In this document: piece by piece, positions 18,799 through 29,400 of the stretch | Layout: each line of letters starts with the position of its first letter | Numbering within the stretch: the stretch's first letter is position 1 | Origin: an uncultured Thermoplasmatales archaeon | GTDB taxonomy: Archaea > Thermoplasmatota > E2 > DHVEG-1 | NCBI GenBank assembly: GCA_964346655.1 | Contig: CAYFVP010000134.1 | Span: 44,746-108,745 of the forward strand | DNA length: 64,000 nucleotides | Reading direction: 5' to 3' | Notes under the pieces: generated by a model | Told to the model about the DNA's origin: nothing | What the model saw: the letters and a program-made list of their open reading frames with translations, nothing else | Databases searched by the model: none | Made by a program: the position numbers and the translations under genes

Positions 18799-20225
18799 AA
18801 ATAGATGTTAATAAATTGAAAGAAATAGTTGGAAAAGATAACGTTTCAGATAACATTGCTGATCTATATGTTTATGCATCTGATGCTTCAGTTCACCATG
18901 CAATGCCTTCAGTAATTGTCAGACCAAAAACTACTGAGGAAGTTCAAAAGATCATGAGATATGCAAATAAAAATAAAATCCCAGTAGTTCCCAGAGGTGC
19001 TGGTTCAGGAACGTCAGGCCATACTGTACCAATTGATGGCGGAATAATTCTTGACATGAAACGGATGAATCGTATAATAGAAATCCGTCCAGAAGATATG
19101 TTAGTAAAAGTTGAGCCAGGTGTTGTTGATGATGATTTAAATCGTGCCTTAAAACAATATGGACTATTTTATCCTCCAGCACCTGCATCCAGTAGAATTG
19201 CCACAATTGGTGGTGAAATTGCTGCAAATGCATCTGGCGTCCGATCAGTTAAATATGGTGCAACAAGAGATTATGTATATGGAATGAAGGTTGTTCTTGC
19301 TAATGGAAATTTAGTAAATCTTGGTTCAAACACGAGGGTTCACTCGTCAGGTTACCAACTTGAGAGATTGATAGTGGGATCTGAAGGAACACTTGGTGTA
19401 GTTGTTGAAGCAACTATGGGTATTATTCCAATTCCAAAATATAGATGTTTAGCTGTTGCAAATTTCAATAAACTTGAGGATGCTGGTAAAGCAATATCTG
19501 ATATTATTTCAAGTGGGTCACAGCCTTCAATGCTTGAGCTTATGGATAAAATAGGCATAATTGCAGTAAACAAAGCAATGGATTTAGGCCTTCCTGTAGT
19601 TGCAGCAATTATTTTATTTGAAGCAGATGGTAATGTCAAAGAGGCAGTAGATTTTGAAATACAAAAAATGAAAGAAATATGTGAAAAACATAATGGTTTC
19701 GGAGTTCAAAAGAGTTATGATGCAGCAGAACGAACTAAACTTTTTTCAGGAAGAAAAAAACTGTTTGCATCACTTTCAAGATACAAAGAGGGAATCATTT
19801 GCACTGATCTTGCCGATGACATGGGAGTTCCTAACTCAAAAATTGCAGAAGCTGCTGAAAAAATCCATGAAATAGCAGAAAAAAACAATGTGATAATGGC
19901 TGTTTATGGACATTGTGGGTCAGGAGTGATTCATACAAAAATCATGCTTGATCCTAAGAAAAAAAGTCAATGGAAAGATGCCGAAAAGGTAATTGATCAG
20001 CTATATGACTATATTCATTCTGTTGGAGGAGTAACTTCAGCTGAACATGGAATAGGCCTTTCAAAAGCACCGCCCTGGAAAAAAGCTAGAAGTGATATAA
20101 TTCCTGTTATGAGATCAATAAAAAAAGCACTAGATCCAAATAATATCTTAAATCCACACAAACTAATGGACGCACCAGATAATTGGGTAAAAGCAACAAA
20201 TCTTAGATACAAAGTGGGGGGATAG
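18795..20225 (+). CDS. FAD-linked 2-hydroxyacid dehydrogenase (GlcD/D-lactate dehydrogenase family)
   Basis: PRGAGSG, ATIGG..AANASG..VKYG, GSEGTLG, GHCGSG..H, AEHGIG, LDPNNILNP. Confidence 0.9.
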   Translation: MKIDVNKLKEIVGKDNVSDNIADLYVYASDASVHHAMPSVIVRPKTTEEVQKIMRYANKNKIPVVPRGAGSGTSGHTVPIDGGIILDMKRMNRIIEIRPEDMLVKVEPGVVDDDLNRALKQYGLFYPPAPASSRIATIGGEIAANASGVRSVKYGATRDYVYGMKVVLANGNLVNLGSNTRVHSSGYQLERLIVGSEGTLGVVVEATMGIIPIPKYRCLAVANFNKLEDAGKAISDIISSGSQPSMLELMDKIGIIAVNKAMDLGLPVVAAIILFEADGNVKEAVDFEIQKMKEICEKHNGFGVQKSYDAAERTKLFSGRKKLFASLSRYKEGIICTDLADDMGVPNSKIAEAAEKIHEIAEKNNVIMAVYGHCGSGVIHTKIMLDPKKKSQWKDAEKVIDQLYDYIHSVGGVTSAEHGIGLSKAPPWKKARSDIIPVMRSIKKALDPNNILNPHKLMDAPDNWVKATNLRYKVGG

Positions 20226-20227
20226 AA

Positions 20228-21217
20228 ATGGCTGCTAAAAAAGTAAATTTTAATAGATCAAAAAAATGGGAGCATGAATTAAACAAATGCATAAGATGTG
20301 GTTATTGTTACGAACTCTGTCCTTTATTTAAGTCATACAATTGGGAATCTGATACGCCACGTGGAAAACTTTTGCTTATTTATGGGATGATAACTGGTGA
20401 GCTTAAACCTACTCAAGAAATTGTAGATAAAATATTTTCATGTTTTTATTGTAAAAATTGCAGTGATAACTGCTCTGCAGGTGTACCTGTTACAGAGATT
20501 TTAACAGATGCAAGAGCAGATTTTATTGAAGCAGGATACGATGTTGTAGGAACAATTGTTGAAATTGATGAGGATCTATGCAGCGTTTGTGGAGTATGCG
20601 TTCCACTTTGTAAATATGAAGCCCTTTCAATTATTGATGAAACTAAAGATAAAAAAAAGGTTGAAGTTGATAAAGTAGAATGCAGAGGATGTGGCCTATG
20701 TGTTGCGGCATGTCCTGCTGGTGCAATTACACAATTAGAAGGTTGTGAAATAACACTTCCAGAACTTCATGCTAAAGTATCTAATCTTTTAAAGGATAAT
20801 AAAGATATGAAGGCAATTGTTTTTTGTTGTAACTGGTCAATATTTCCAGGGATGCAGCTTTCTGAACCTCCTACTTTAATTAAAACACCTTATGGATTAA
20901 TAGTTAGCATGTGCTCAGGCCGTATTGCACCTGAACTAGTTCTAAACGCATTTGATGAGGGTGCCTGGGGTGTTATGGTTGCAGGTTGCCCACCTGAAGA
21001 ATGCGATCATGATGGTAATTATAAAACAAGAAGAAGATTAATTCTTCTTAAACGCGTTTTAAAAGATCTTAACATCGAACCTAATCGAATCAAACTTGAA
21101 TGGTTTTCAACTGGGGAATCGGCAAAACTATCCAAATCAATTGATGGTTTTGTTAAAGATTTAGAAAAATTAGGTCCGATTAAAAAAATGAAGGTAAGTA
21201 GAATTGTTGGAGGCTGA
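20228..21217 (+). CDS. Fusion protein: GlcF/HdrD-type N-terminal 2x4Fe-4S + HdrA-type C-terminal ferredoxin + MvhD domain
   Basis: CIRCGYCYELCP..ESDTPRGK; IDEDLCSVCGVC..CRGCGLCVAACP; FCCNWS..CSGR..GCPPEECDH. Confidence 0.8.
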   Translation: MAAKKVNFNRSKKWEHELNKCIRCGYCYELCPLFKSYNWESDTPRGKLLLIYGMITGELKPTQEIVDKIFSCFYCKNCSDNCSAGVPVTEILTDARADFIEAGYDVVGTIVEIDEDLCSVCGVCVPLCKYEALSIIDETKDKKKVEVDKVECRGCGLCVAACPAGAITQLEGCEITLPELHAKVSNLLKDNKDMKAIVFCCNWSIFPGMQLSEPPTLIKTPYGLIVSMCSGRIAPELVLNAFDEGAWGVMVAGCPPEECDHDGNYKTRRRLILLKRVLKDLNIEPNRIKLEWFSTGESAKLSKSIDGFVKDLEKLGPIKKMKVSRIVGG

Positions 21218-21221
21218 AGAT

Positions 21222-21650
21222 ATGGTTGAAAAATTTGAACCAAATATTATTGGTTTTTTATGCAACTGGTGCTCATATGCAGGAGCTGATCTTGCTGGAA
21301 CTAGTAGAATACAATATCCACCTAATCTAAAAGTTATTAGAGTAATGTGCTCAGGTAGAGTAAATCCAATATTTGTAATAAATGCACTTCAGCAAGGGGC
21401 AGATGGAGTACTTATTGGCGGCTGTCATCCTGGTGACTGTCATTATGAACGTGGAAATTACCTAGCAAGGCGCCGTATGGCAGTACTAAAGAAACTATTA
21501 GAATACACTGGAATTGATCCAAACAGAGTTAAAATGACTTGGGTATCTGCTGCTGAAGGACACAAGTTTGCTGAAGTTGTCAAACAGGTAACAGAGGATA
21601 TAAGAAAACTTGGTCCAATGCAACATTTTAAGAGGGATAACAAATGGTAG
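21222..21650 (+). CDS. flxD: MvhD-like subunit (FlxD)
   Basis: FLCNWCSYAGAD, GCHPGDCHY; heads the flxDCBA-like block; GGAGG RBS. Confidence 0.85.
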   Translation: MVEKFEPNIIGFLCNWCSYAGADLAGTSRIQYPPNLKVIRVMCSGRVNPIFVINALQQGADGVLIGGCHPGDCHYERGNYLARRRMAVLKKLLEYTGIDPNRVKMTWVSAAEGHKFAEVVKQVTEDIRKLGPMQHFKRDNKW

Positions 21651-22627
21651 ATGAAAAAGAGCTAAGAAATACAGCAAAAAAAACTGTCTCAAGAACTGAT
21701 GTAAAATACGTTGTTGGTTATGAAAAAGGATCATACGGTTTTCAGGTAAAGCCATCCTTTGCATATGAACCAAGTGATACAGATAAATTCATTTTTTCAC
21801 CAATATGTGTTCACAACTTAGCTGTTTTTCCAATGCTTGAGGAAAAACCTCCACTACGGAAGGGTGAAGAACCTGACATGCGAAAGGTAGGAGTTGTTGT
21901 GAAGGGTTGTGATGCAAGAGCAATAGTTCAAATAATTCAAGAAAAGGGACTTTCTCGCGATAATGTTGTAATTATTGGTATTCCCTGCACAGGAGTTGTT
22001 GATCCTAAGAAACTTGAAGAAAGATATCCCGGACATATTAAAAATGCAGATATTAAAGAAGAAGGTGAAAATTTTGTTGTCACAGTTGATGGAAAAACGC
22101 AAAAAATTCCCAAAAATGAACTTATGCCTGATAAATGCAAACACTGTGAATATCCAACACCTGTTTTATACGATATATTAATCGGAAAAGAAGTAAAACC
22201 AACAAAAAAAGAAGATTACAAAAAAATTGCAGATTTTGAAAAAAAATCTCTTAAAGATAAATGGAATTACTGGGAAAAACAATTTGAAAGATGTGTCCGT
22301 TGTTATGCATGTCGAAATGCTTGTCCTCTTTGTTATTGTAAAGAATGTATGGTTGATCAACTAAACCCTCAATGGGTAAGAAGATCAGTTAATATTTCAG
22401 AAAACACTGCATGGAATCTAATGAGAGCATTTCACTTGGCTGGGAGATGTATCGGATGTGGTCAATGTGAACGGGTATGCCCCATGAATATCCCTTTAAT
22501 GGAGTTAAATAAAAAAATTGAGAAAGATATCAAGGAATTGTTTGAATACACTGCAGGAATTGACTCTGAATCAAAACCATTGCTTGCAATGTTTAAACCT
22601 GATGACCCGGAGGAGTTCATTTTGTGA
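21644..22627 (+). CDS. flxC: 4Fe-4S protein, FlxC/FdhB-like
   Basis: VKGCDARA, CVRCYACRNACPLCYC, HLAGRCIGCGQCERVCP. Confidence 0.78.
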   Translation: MVDEKELRNTAKKTVSRTDVKYVVGYEKGSYGFQVKPSFAYEPSDTDKFIFSPICVHNLAVFPMLEEKPPLRKGEEPDMRKVGVVVKGCDARAIVQIIQEKGLSRDNVVIIGIPCTGVVDPKKLEERYPGHIKNADIKEEGENFVVTVDGKTQKIPKNELMPDKCKHCEYPTPVLYDILIGKEVKPTKKEDYKKIADFEKKSLKDKWNYWEKQFERCVRCYACRNACPLCYCKECMVDQLNPQWVRRSVNISENTAWNLMRAFHLAGRCIGCGQCERVCPMNIPLMELNKKIEKDIKELFEYTAGIDSESKPLLAMFKPDDPEEFIL

Positions 22628-22638
22628 GGTGATAAGAT

Positions 22639-23664
22639 ATGGAAAAATATGTTTTACCTAAAAAAGATCTTCAAGGTTTTATTGGTGAAATTTCAAGTAA
22701 AAATCGAGTTTTTGCACCTGTTGAAAATAATGGAATAATAACATTTAATGAAATAAAAAAAGCAACTGATGTTAACCTTGACTTTTGTAATTCAAATGTT
22801 CCACCAAAGGTTCTAATGTTTCGTCAGACTGAAACAATGTTTAAGTTTAAGCCAGGTCCTAAGGGAAAAATTGAATCCATTGATATGAACAATAAAAAAA
22901 CTGTTATTTTTGGAATTAGACCTTGCGATGCAAAAAGCTTTTCTATTCTTGATTGTGCTTTTTCAGGCGATTTTGAAGATCCATACTATTTAGCCCGGAG
23001 AGAAAATACCACACTTGTAGGACTTAGTTGTAACAATCCACCTACAAATTGTTTTTGTACTTCTTTTGATGACAGCCCTGCATCACCAAAATATGTTGAT
23101 ATTCTGTTAACAGATATTGGTGACAGCTATTTTGTAGAAGTAGCAAGTGAAAAAGGGGACAAATTAACCAAAAGCACAAGCAAACATCTTAAACGTGCAA
23201 CCGACAGTGATTTAAAAAAGAAAAAAGAGGTAGAAAAAAAGGCAATTGATACTATTTCTCGAGCTCAAAAAACAGATGGCATTGTTGAAAAATTGGATAA
23301 AATATTTGAAAATCCCTATTGGAAAGCAGTAGCTGATAGATGTATTGGATGTGGAACTTGTACATATCTTTGTCCAACATGTCATTGTTTTGATATTCAG
23401 GATGAATCAACTCTTACTAAAGGAGCAAGAATTCGTGTTTGGGATTCTTGTATGAATCCCGAATATACAATACATGCATCAGGATATAATCCAAGACCTG
23501 CTAGAACAAATCGTGTAAGAAATAGAGTGTATCATAAATATAATTATTACCCGAAAAATTTTAACGTAATTGCCTGTGTTGGTTGTGGTAGATGTATTGA
23601 TTTGTGCCCTGTAAATATTGATATAATTGATGTTGTAACCCAAGCTGGGGAGGTGAAACCATGA
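22639..23664 (+). CDS. flxB: 4Fe-4S protein, FlxB/AsrA-like
   Basis: GIRPCD, CFCTS, CIGCGTCTYLCPTCHCF, WDSC, CVGCGRCIDLCP. Confidence 0.8.
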   Translation: MEKYVLPKKDLQGFIGEISSKNRVFAPVENNGIITFNEIKKATDVNLDFCNSNVPPKVLMFRQTETMFKFKPGPKGKIESIDMNNKKTVIFGIRPCDAKSFSILDCAFSGDFEDPYYLARRENTTLVGLSCNNPPTNCFCTSFDDSPASPKYVDILLTDIGDSYFVEVASEKGDKLTKSTSKHLKRATDSDLKKKKEVEKKAIDTISRAQKTDGIVEKLDKIFENPYWKAVADRCIGCGTCTYLCPTCHCFDIQDESTLTKGARIRVWDSCMNPEYTIHASGYNPRPARTNRVRNRVYHKYNYYPKNFNVIACVGCGRCIDLCPVNIDIIDVVTQAGEVKP

Positions 23665-24500
23665 AGGAAAATCCATATCAACCACATCTTGCAACAATTG
23701 AAGAAATAAGGCCAGAAGTAGGTGGTAATAGACCTATTAAAACATTTAAATTAGTATTTCAAGATAAAGAACTGAAAAATAATTTTTCATATCTTCCAGG
23801 ACAATGTGCAATGGTTAGTCTTCTTGGTCAGGGAGAATGTTTCTTTGCTATTTCATCTTCACCCACAAAGAAAGGATATATTGAGGTAAGCGTTATGAAA
23901 CTTGGAAAGGTAACTACAGCCATGCATGAATTAGAACCTGGTGATGTTGTAGGTGTCAGGGGTCCATATGGTAACCATTTTGATGTTGATGGTTGGAAGG
24001 GAAAAAATTTAGCATTTATTGGTGGCGGGATCGGACAAGCCCCTCTTAGAGCCTTAATTAACTATGTTGTTGATAAAAGAGCCGACTATGGAAAACTAGA
24101 TATTATATATGGTGCAAGAACTTCAAAAGACCTGAGTTATAAAAAAGAATTTGCTGATCTTGAGAAACGAAAAGATGTAAATGTTCACCTATCAATCGAT
24201 GTAAAAGAGGATGACTGGAAGAAATTTGTAGGTTTCGTTCCAGATAATTTACTCAAAGTTAAACCATCTCCAAAAAACTCTATTGCTATTACTTGTGGGC
24301 CACCAATAATGATTAAATTTGTAATTCAAAACTTAGAAAAATTAGGGTTTACCGAAGACCAAATTTTTACCACTCTTGAGATGAGGATGAAATGTGGAAT
24401 TGGTAAATGTGGTAGGTGTAATATCGGTAATCTTTATGTGTGTAAAGATGGCCCAGTGTTTTCGTATAGGCAGCTTAAGAGTATATATGGTGAAAGATAG
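23661..24500 (+). CDS. flxA: FAD/NAD-binding [2Fe-2S] subunit, FlxA/AsrB-like
   Basis: RGPYGN, GGGIGQAPL, CGPPIM, MKCGIGKCGRC, CKDGPVF. Confidence 0.82.
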   Translation: MKENPYQPHLATIEEIRPEVGGNRPIKTFKLVFQDKELKNNFSYLPGQCAMVSLLGQGECFFAISSSPTKKGYIEVSVMKLGKVTTAMHELEPGDVVGVRGPYGNHFDVDGWKGKNLAFIGGGIGQAPLRALINYVVDKRADYGKLDIIYGARTSKDLSYKKEFADLEKRKDVNVHLSIDVKEDDWKKFVGFVPDNLLKVKPSPKNSIAITCGPPIMIKFVIQNLEKLGFTEDQIFTTLEMRMKCGIGKCGRCNIGNLYVCKDGPVFSYRQLKSIYGER

Positions 24501-24509
24501 GCGATTGAT

Positions 24510-26465
24510 ATGAAAATTGGAGTCTATATTTGTCAATGTGGGATCAATATAGCACAAACAGTAAATACTGAACGAGTAGTTGAACTTGTCAATAATCTAC
24601 AAAATGTTGCAGTTGCACGTGATTATAAATATATGTGTTCTGATCCTGGGCAAGAACTTATAAGAAAAGATATTAAAGAACTAAAGCTTGATCGGGTTGT
24701 TGTTGCAAGCTGTTCTCCACGTATGCATGAGCCAACATTTCGGGCTGTTCTTGAAGATACTGGTTTAAATCCATACTATTTTGAAATGGTGAATCTAAGA
24801 GAACAATGTTCATGGGTTCATGAGGATAGAGAACAGGCAACTTTGAAAGCAGTTGATCTAATATCAGGTGCTGTTGCACGTGCAGAGTTTTTAGAGCCGC
24901 TTGAGAAAAAGGAGGTAAGTGTTATACCTAAGGCACTTGTGATTGGTGGCGGTATATCTGGTATTCAAGCTGCTTTAGAAATAGCTGATAAGGGTTTCAA
25001 GACATATCTTGTTGAACGTTCTCCCAGTATCGGTGGACGTATGGCCCAGCTTGATAAAACATTTCCAACTATGGATTGCTCTGCTTGTATTTTGACACCT
25101 AAAATGGTTGATGCAGCACGACATCCAAATATTGAACTTTTCACTTATTCAGAGATTGAAAGCGTTGATGGTTATATCGGTAACTTTAAAGTCAAAATTA
25201 AAAAGAAACCACGTTATGTTGATGAGGAAAAATGTGTAGGTTGTGGTGCTTGTGCAGAGGCTTGTAGACTTCATAATAGAATTAAAAACGAATTTGATAT
25301 GAATCTAGGTAAAAGAAGCGCCATTTATGTTCCCTTCCCTCAAGCAGTTCCTTTGAAATATACGATTGATCCTGAGAATTGTATTACTCTTAGAACTGGT
25401 AAATGCGGTGATCATGCACTTTGTGTAGATGCATGTGGTGAGAGAAATGCAATAAATTTTGATCAAAAAGAAGAAATTATCGAAATTGAAGTTGGAACAA
25501 TTATTGTTGCAACAGGATATGATCTATTCGATCCTAAAGAAAAACCTGAATATGGATATGGGAAATTTGATAATGTGATTACTGGTTTGGAATTTGAACG
25601 TCTTGTATCAGCTTCTGGACCAACAGAAGGTCATATTGAAATTAATGGTAAAGAGCCAAAAAAGGTTGTTTTTATCCAATGTGTGGGTTCTCGTGATAAA
25701 AAGAGTAATGAGTATTGTTCTCGTGTATGTTGTATGTATACCGCTAAACAGGCACACATGGTAAAAGATAAGATTCCTAATGCAGAGCTAATTGTCTATA
25801 ATACCGATGTTAGAGCCTTTGGCAAAGGCTTTGAAGAGTTCTATAACAGGGTTCAAGGTGAAGGTGTTATTTATAGACATCGTGAACTTGATGATCCTAT
25901 CGAAGTAAAAAATAATGGCAATAAGGTTATTGTAAAAGCAAAGGGTCATCCTGATATTGATGCTGATTTGATTGTGCTTGCTACTGGAATTATCCCAAGA
26001 AAGGACTCAAAGGAGTTTTCTCGTATTTTAAATATTAATCAAAGCGCCGACGGTTTCATGCTTGAGGCTCATCCTAAGTTAAGGCCTGTAGATACATTTA
26101 CAGATGGAATTTTTTTAGCTGGTTGCTGTCAAGGCCCAAAGGATATTCCCGATGCTGTTGCACAAGCAAGTGGTGCTGCAGTTCGTGCATCTGAACCACT
26201 TGCAGCTGGAAAAGTTGAAGTTGAAGCAATTTCTGCTAGTATTGATGAAGATCTATGTAGTGGCTGTCGAATCTGTGAAGACTTATGTGCATATTCAGCT
26301 CTCGAGTTTGATGAAAAAGATAAGGTGATGAAGGTAAACGATGTCATGTGCAAAGGTTGTGGTTCATGTGCTTCAGCTTGTCCAACAGCTGCAATTTCAA
26401 TGAGGCATTTTGACTTAAAGCAAATTCTTGCACAAATTGGAGGTATAGTAAAAAAGGCGGGGTGA
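24510..26465 (+). CDS. hdrA: Heterodisulfide reductase subunit A (canonical length)
   Basis: IGVYICQCG, SCSPRMHE, VIGGGISG, LDKTFPTMDCSACIL, YCSRVCCMY, C-terminal ferredoxin. Confidence 0.93.
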   Translation: MKIGVYICQCGINIAQTVNTERVVELVNNLQNVAVARDYKYMCSDPGQELIRKDIKELKLDRVVVASCSPRMHEPTFRAVLEDTGLNPYYFEMVNLREQCSWVHEDREQATLKAVDLISGAVARAEFLEPLEKKEVSVIPKALVIGGGISGIQAALEIADKGFKTYLVERSPSIGGRMAQLDKTFPTMDCSACILTPKMVDAARHPNIELFTYSEIESVDGYIGNFKVKIKKKPRYVDEEKCVGCGACAEACRLHNRIKNEFDMNLGKRSAIYVPFPQAVPLKYTIDPENCITLRTGKCGDHALCVDACGERNAINFDQKEEIIEIEVGTIIVATGYDLFDPKEKPEYGYGKFDNVITGLEFERLVSASGPTEGHIEINGKEPKKVVFIQCVGSRDKKSNEYCSRVCCMYTAKQAHMVKDKIPNAELIVYNTDVRAFGKGFEEFYNRVQGEGVIYRHRELDDPIEVKNNGNKVIVKAKGHPDIDADLIVLATGIIPRKDSKEFSRILNINQSADGFMLEAHPKLRPVDTFTDGIFLAGCCQGPKDIPDAVAQASGAAVRASEPLAAGKVEVEAISASIDEDLCSGCRICEDLCAYSALEFDEKDKVMKVNDVMCKGCGSCASACPTAAISMRHFDLKQILAQIGGIVKKAG

Positions 26466-26469
26466 TGCT

Positions 26470-29400
26470 ATGAAAATCGGAGTATATGTTTGTGAATGTG
26501 GAGTAAACATTGCTGCAACAGTAGATGTAAAAAAAGTTGCAGAACATGCAAAAACTTTACCAAATGTTGCTGTTAGCCGTTTTTACCGATATATGTGTTC
26601 AGATCCTGGACAGGAACTTATAAAAAAAGACATTAAAGAGTTGAAACTCGATCGAGTTGTTGTCGCTTCTTGTTCTCCACGTATGCATGAGCCTACTTTT
26701 AGAGCAGTTCTTGAAGAGATGGGTTTAAATCCATATTGTTTAGAAATGGTAAATATTCGTGAGCAATGCTCCTGGGTTCATAAAGACAAAGAAAATGCAA
26801 CAGAGAAAGCTAAATCTTTGGTAGAAGGTGCTGTCTTTCGTGCTTCTCTTTTATCACCACTTGAGAAAAAAACGGTAAGTGTTACTCCAAAAGCATTAGT
26901 TATTGGTGGAGGAATTGCTGGTATTCAAGCTGCACTTGATATTGGAGATATGGGTTTTAAAACATATCTAGTTGAAAAAACACCTAGTATTGGCGGACGT
27001 ATGGCTCAGCTTGATAAAACATTTCCAACTATGGATTGTTCTGCTTGTATCTTGACACCTAAAATGGTTGATGTAGGGAGACATAAAAACATTGATCTTT
27101 TAACTTATTCAGAGGTCGTGGATGTCGACGGCTATGTTGGTAATTTCAAAGTAAAAGTCCGTAAGAAACCACGTTATATTGATGTTGAGAAATGTACTGG
27201 GTGTGGTGAGTGTGTTAAGAATTGCCCTGTTAATGTAACTGATGAGTTTAATATGGGTCAAGGTGATAGAAAGGCTATTTATATTCCGTTTCCTCAGGCA
27301 GTTCCGCAGAAGTATACGATTGATAAAATTGGAGAACCTCCCTGTGTTCACGCCTGTCCTGCTGGTGTACATGCACAAGGATATGTTGCTCTTATTAGAG
27401 ACGGTAAATTCCAGGAGGCACTTGACTTAGTACGTATAAATAATCCATTTCCTAGTGTCTGTGGGAGGATTTGTACTCATGTCTGTGAGGAGAATTGTAA
27501 TCGAAATGAGGTTGATGAGCCTGTTGCTGTTAGAGCATTAAAACGTTTTATTGCAGATTATGAGAGAAAACATGGGCGGAAAAAGAAAGAGAAAAAAGAA
27601 GATGAAAAAGAGTTACCTGGTAAAGGTAGAAAAGTAGCTATTGTTGGTGCAGGACCTGCCGGACTGACAGTTGCCCATGATCTTGCTTTGTGGGGATATA
27701 AACCCACGGTTTTTGAAGCGTTATCTAAGCCTGGTGGTATGCTAAGGGTCGGTGTTCCAAAGTACCGGTTGCCTGAAGAAATTCTTGATTATGATATTAA
27801 GAGGATAGAAGAAGATGGAGTAGAAATAAGGACTAGTACCCCTATCGGCCCAGATTTAACCTTAAAGGATATTATGAGGGCGGGTTATGAAGCAATCTTT
27901 ATCGCTATTGGGACTCATAAGAGTAAAAGATTAGGCGTTGAAGGTGAGGAGCTTGATGGTGTTATTCATGCTGCTGGTTTCCTTCAAGACATGGGCATAG
28001 GTAGAAAAGTAGATTTCAAGGATAAAATTGTTGCTGTTATTGGCGGTGGAAATGTTGCTATTGATTCTGTTCGTACTGCGGTTCGTCTGGGTGCTAAATC
28101 AGCATTTGTTATTTATAGAAGATCACGTGCAGAGATTCCAGCCACAAGAGAAGAACTAGCTGAATGTGAGCAAGAAGGTATTTCTTTTTATTATTTGGCA
28201 GCTCCTAAGAGAATCATCGGAAAAAAGGATAAGGTTATTGGGATTGAATGTCAACGTATGAAGTTAGGTAAATCCGATGAAACTGGTAGAAGACGGCCTA
28301 TACCTATCGAAGGTTCCACATTTACTCTTGATGCTGATATTGTTATATCTGCTATTGGTCAGATGTCTGTTTTAACCTCACTTGCGGAAACCCAGGTTCA
28401 AATAGAAGTTGATAAAAAGAATGGTGTTTTACCGATTGCAACTGAGGGTCTTGATTTAAAAGGAGTTTATGGTTTTACAGCCTTTTTGAGGGCACTTAGT
28501 ATTGGTAAAAAAATTGAAGTGGGAAAACGAGTAGCTGTTGTTGGCGGCGGAAATGTTGCTATGGATGTTGCACGTTCAGCTCTGAGAATTGGCGGTCAGG
28601 AAATCCATGTTCTTTGTGTTGAATCCCGGGAGGAAATGCCGGCATTTAAACATGAGATAAAAGAGGCTGAGGAAGAAGGTATTATTATTCATACTCGGCG
28701 TATGCCAAAAAGGATTATCGGTGTTAGTGGTAAAGCTGTTGGTCTCGAGTCATTGGAGTGTACATCTGTCTTTGACGAAGATGGTAAATTTAATCCCCAG
28801 GTGGAACCTGATACTGAGGAAATCCTGGAAGCAGATACAATTTTTGTGGCTATTGGCCAAGAAGTAGATTATACTCTCTTAAAGGCTGCCGATGGAGTAC
28901 TTGTTACAAAAGGCGGTTTACTTGTAGTTGATGGTATCACTCAGCAAACAAATATCCCTGGAGTTTTTGCTGCTGGTGATGCAGTTTCTGGTCCAGGACT
29001 TGTTATTGATGCTATTGCAAAAGGACATGAGGCAGCAATCTCTATTGATCGGTATTTGAGAGGAGAAAACTTGAAAAAAGGTAGGGTAAAAAAAGAACCT
29101 GTCGTGGCTCCTATTCCTGATAAAGTTTATGAAAAAATGAATCGTGTGAAAATTCCAACTCGTCCCGTTAAAGAAAGAATCAATAACTTTAAAGAAGTCG
29201 AGCTTGAAATGACTGAGGAAATGGCCAGAAAAGAAGCAGAACGTTGTTTGAGTTGCAATATTTGTTCACTTTGTGAACAATGTGTTGATTCTTGTGAAGC
29301 TGGTGCAATAAACCATGATGCAGTAGAGGAAATAGTCGACTTGGATGTCGGTGCAATCGTTGTTGCTACGGGTTTTGATTTATATGATCCTGCTGAAAAA

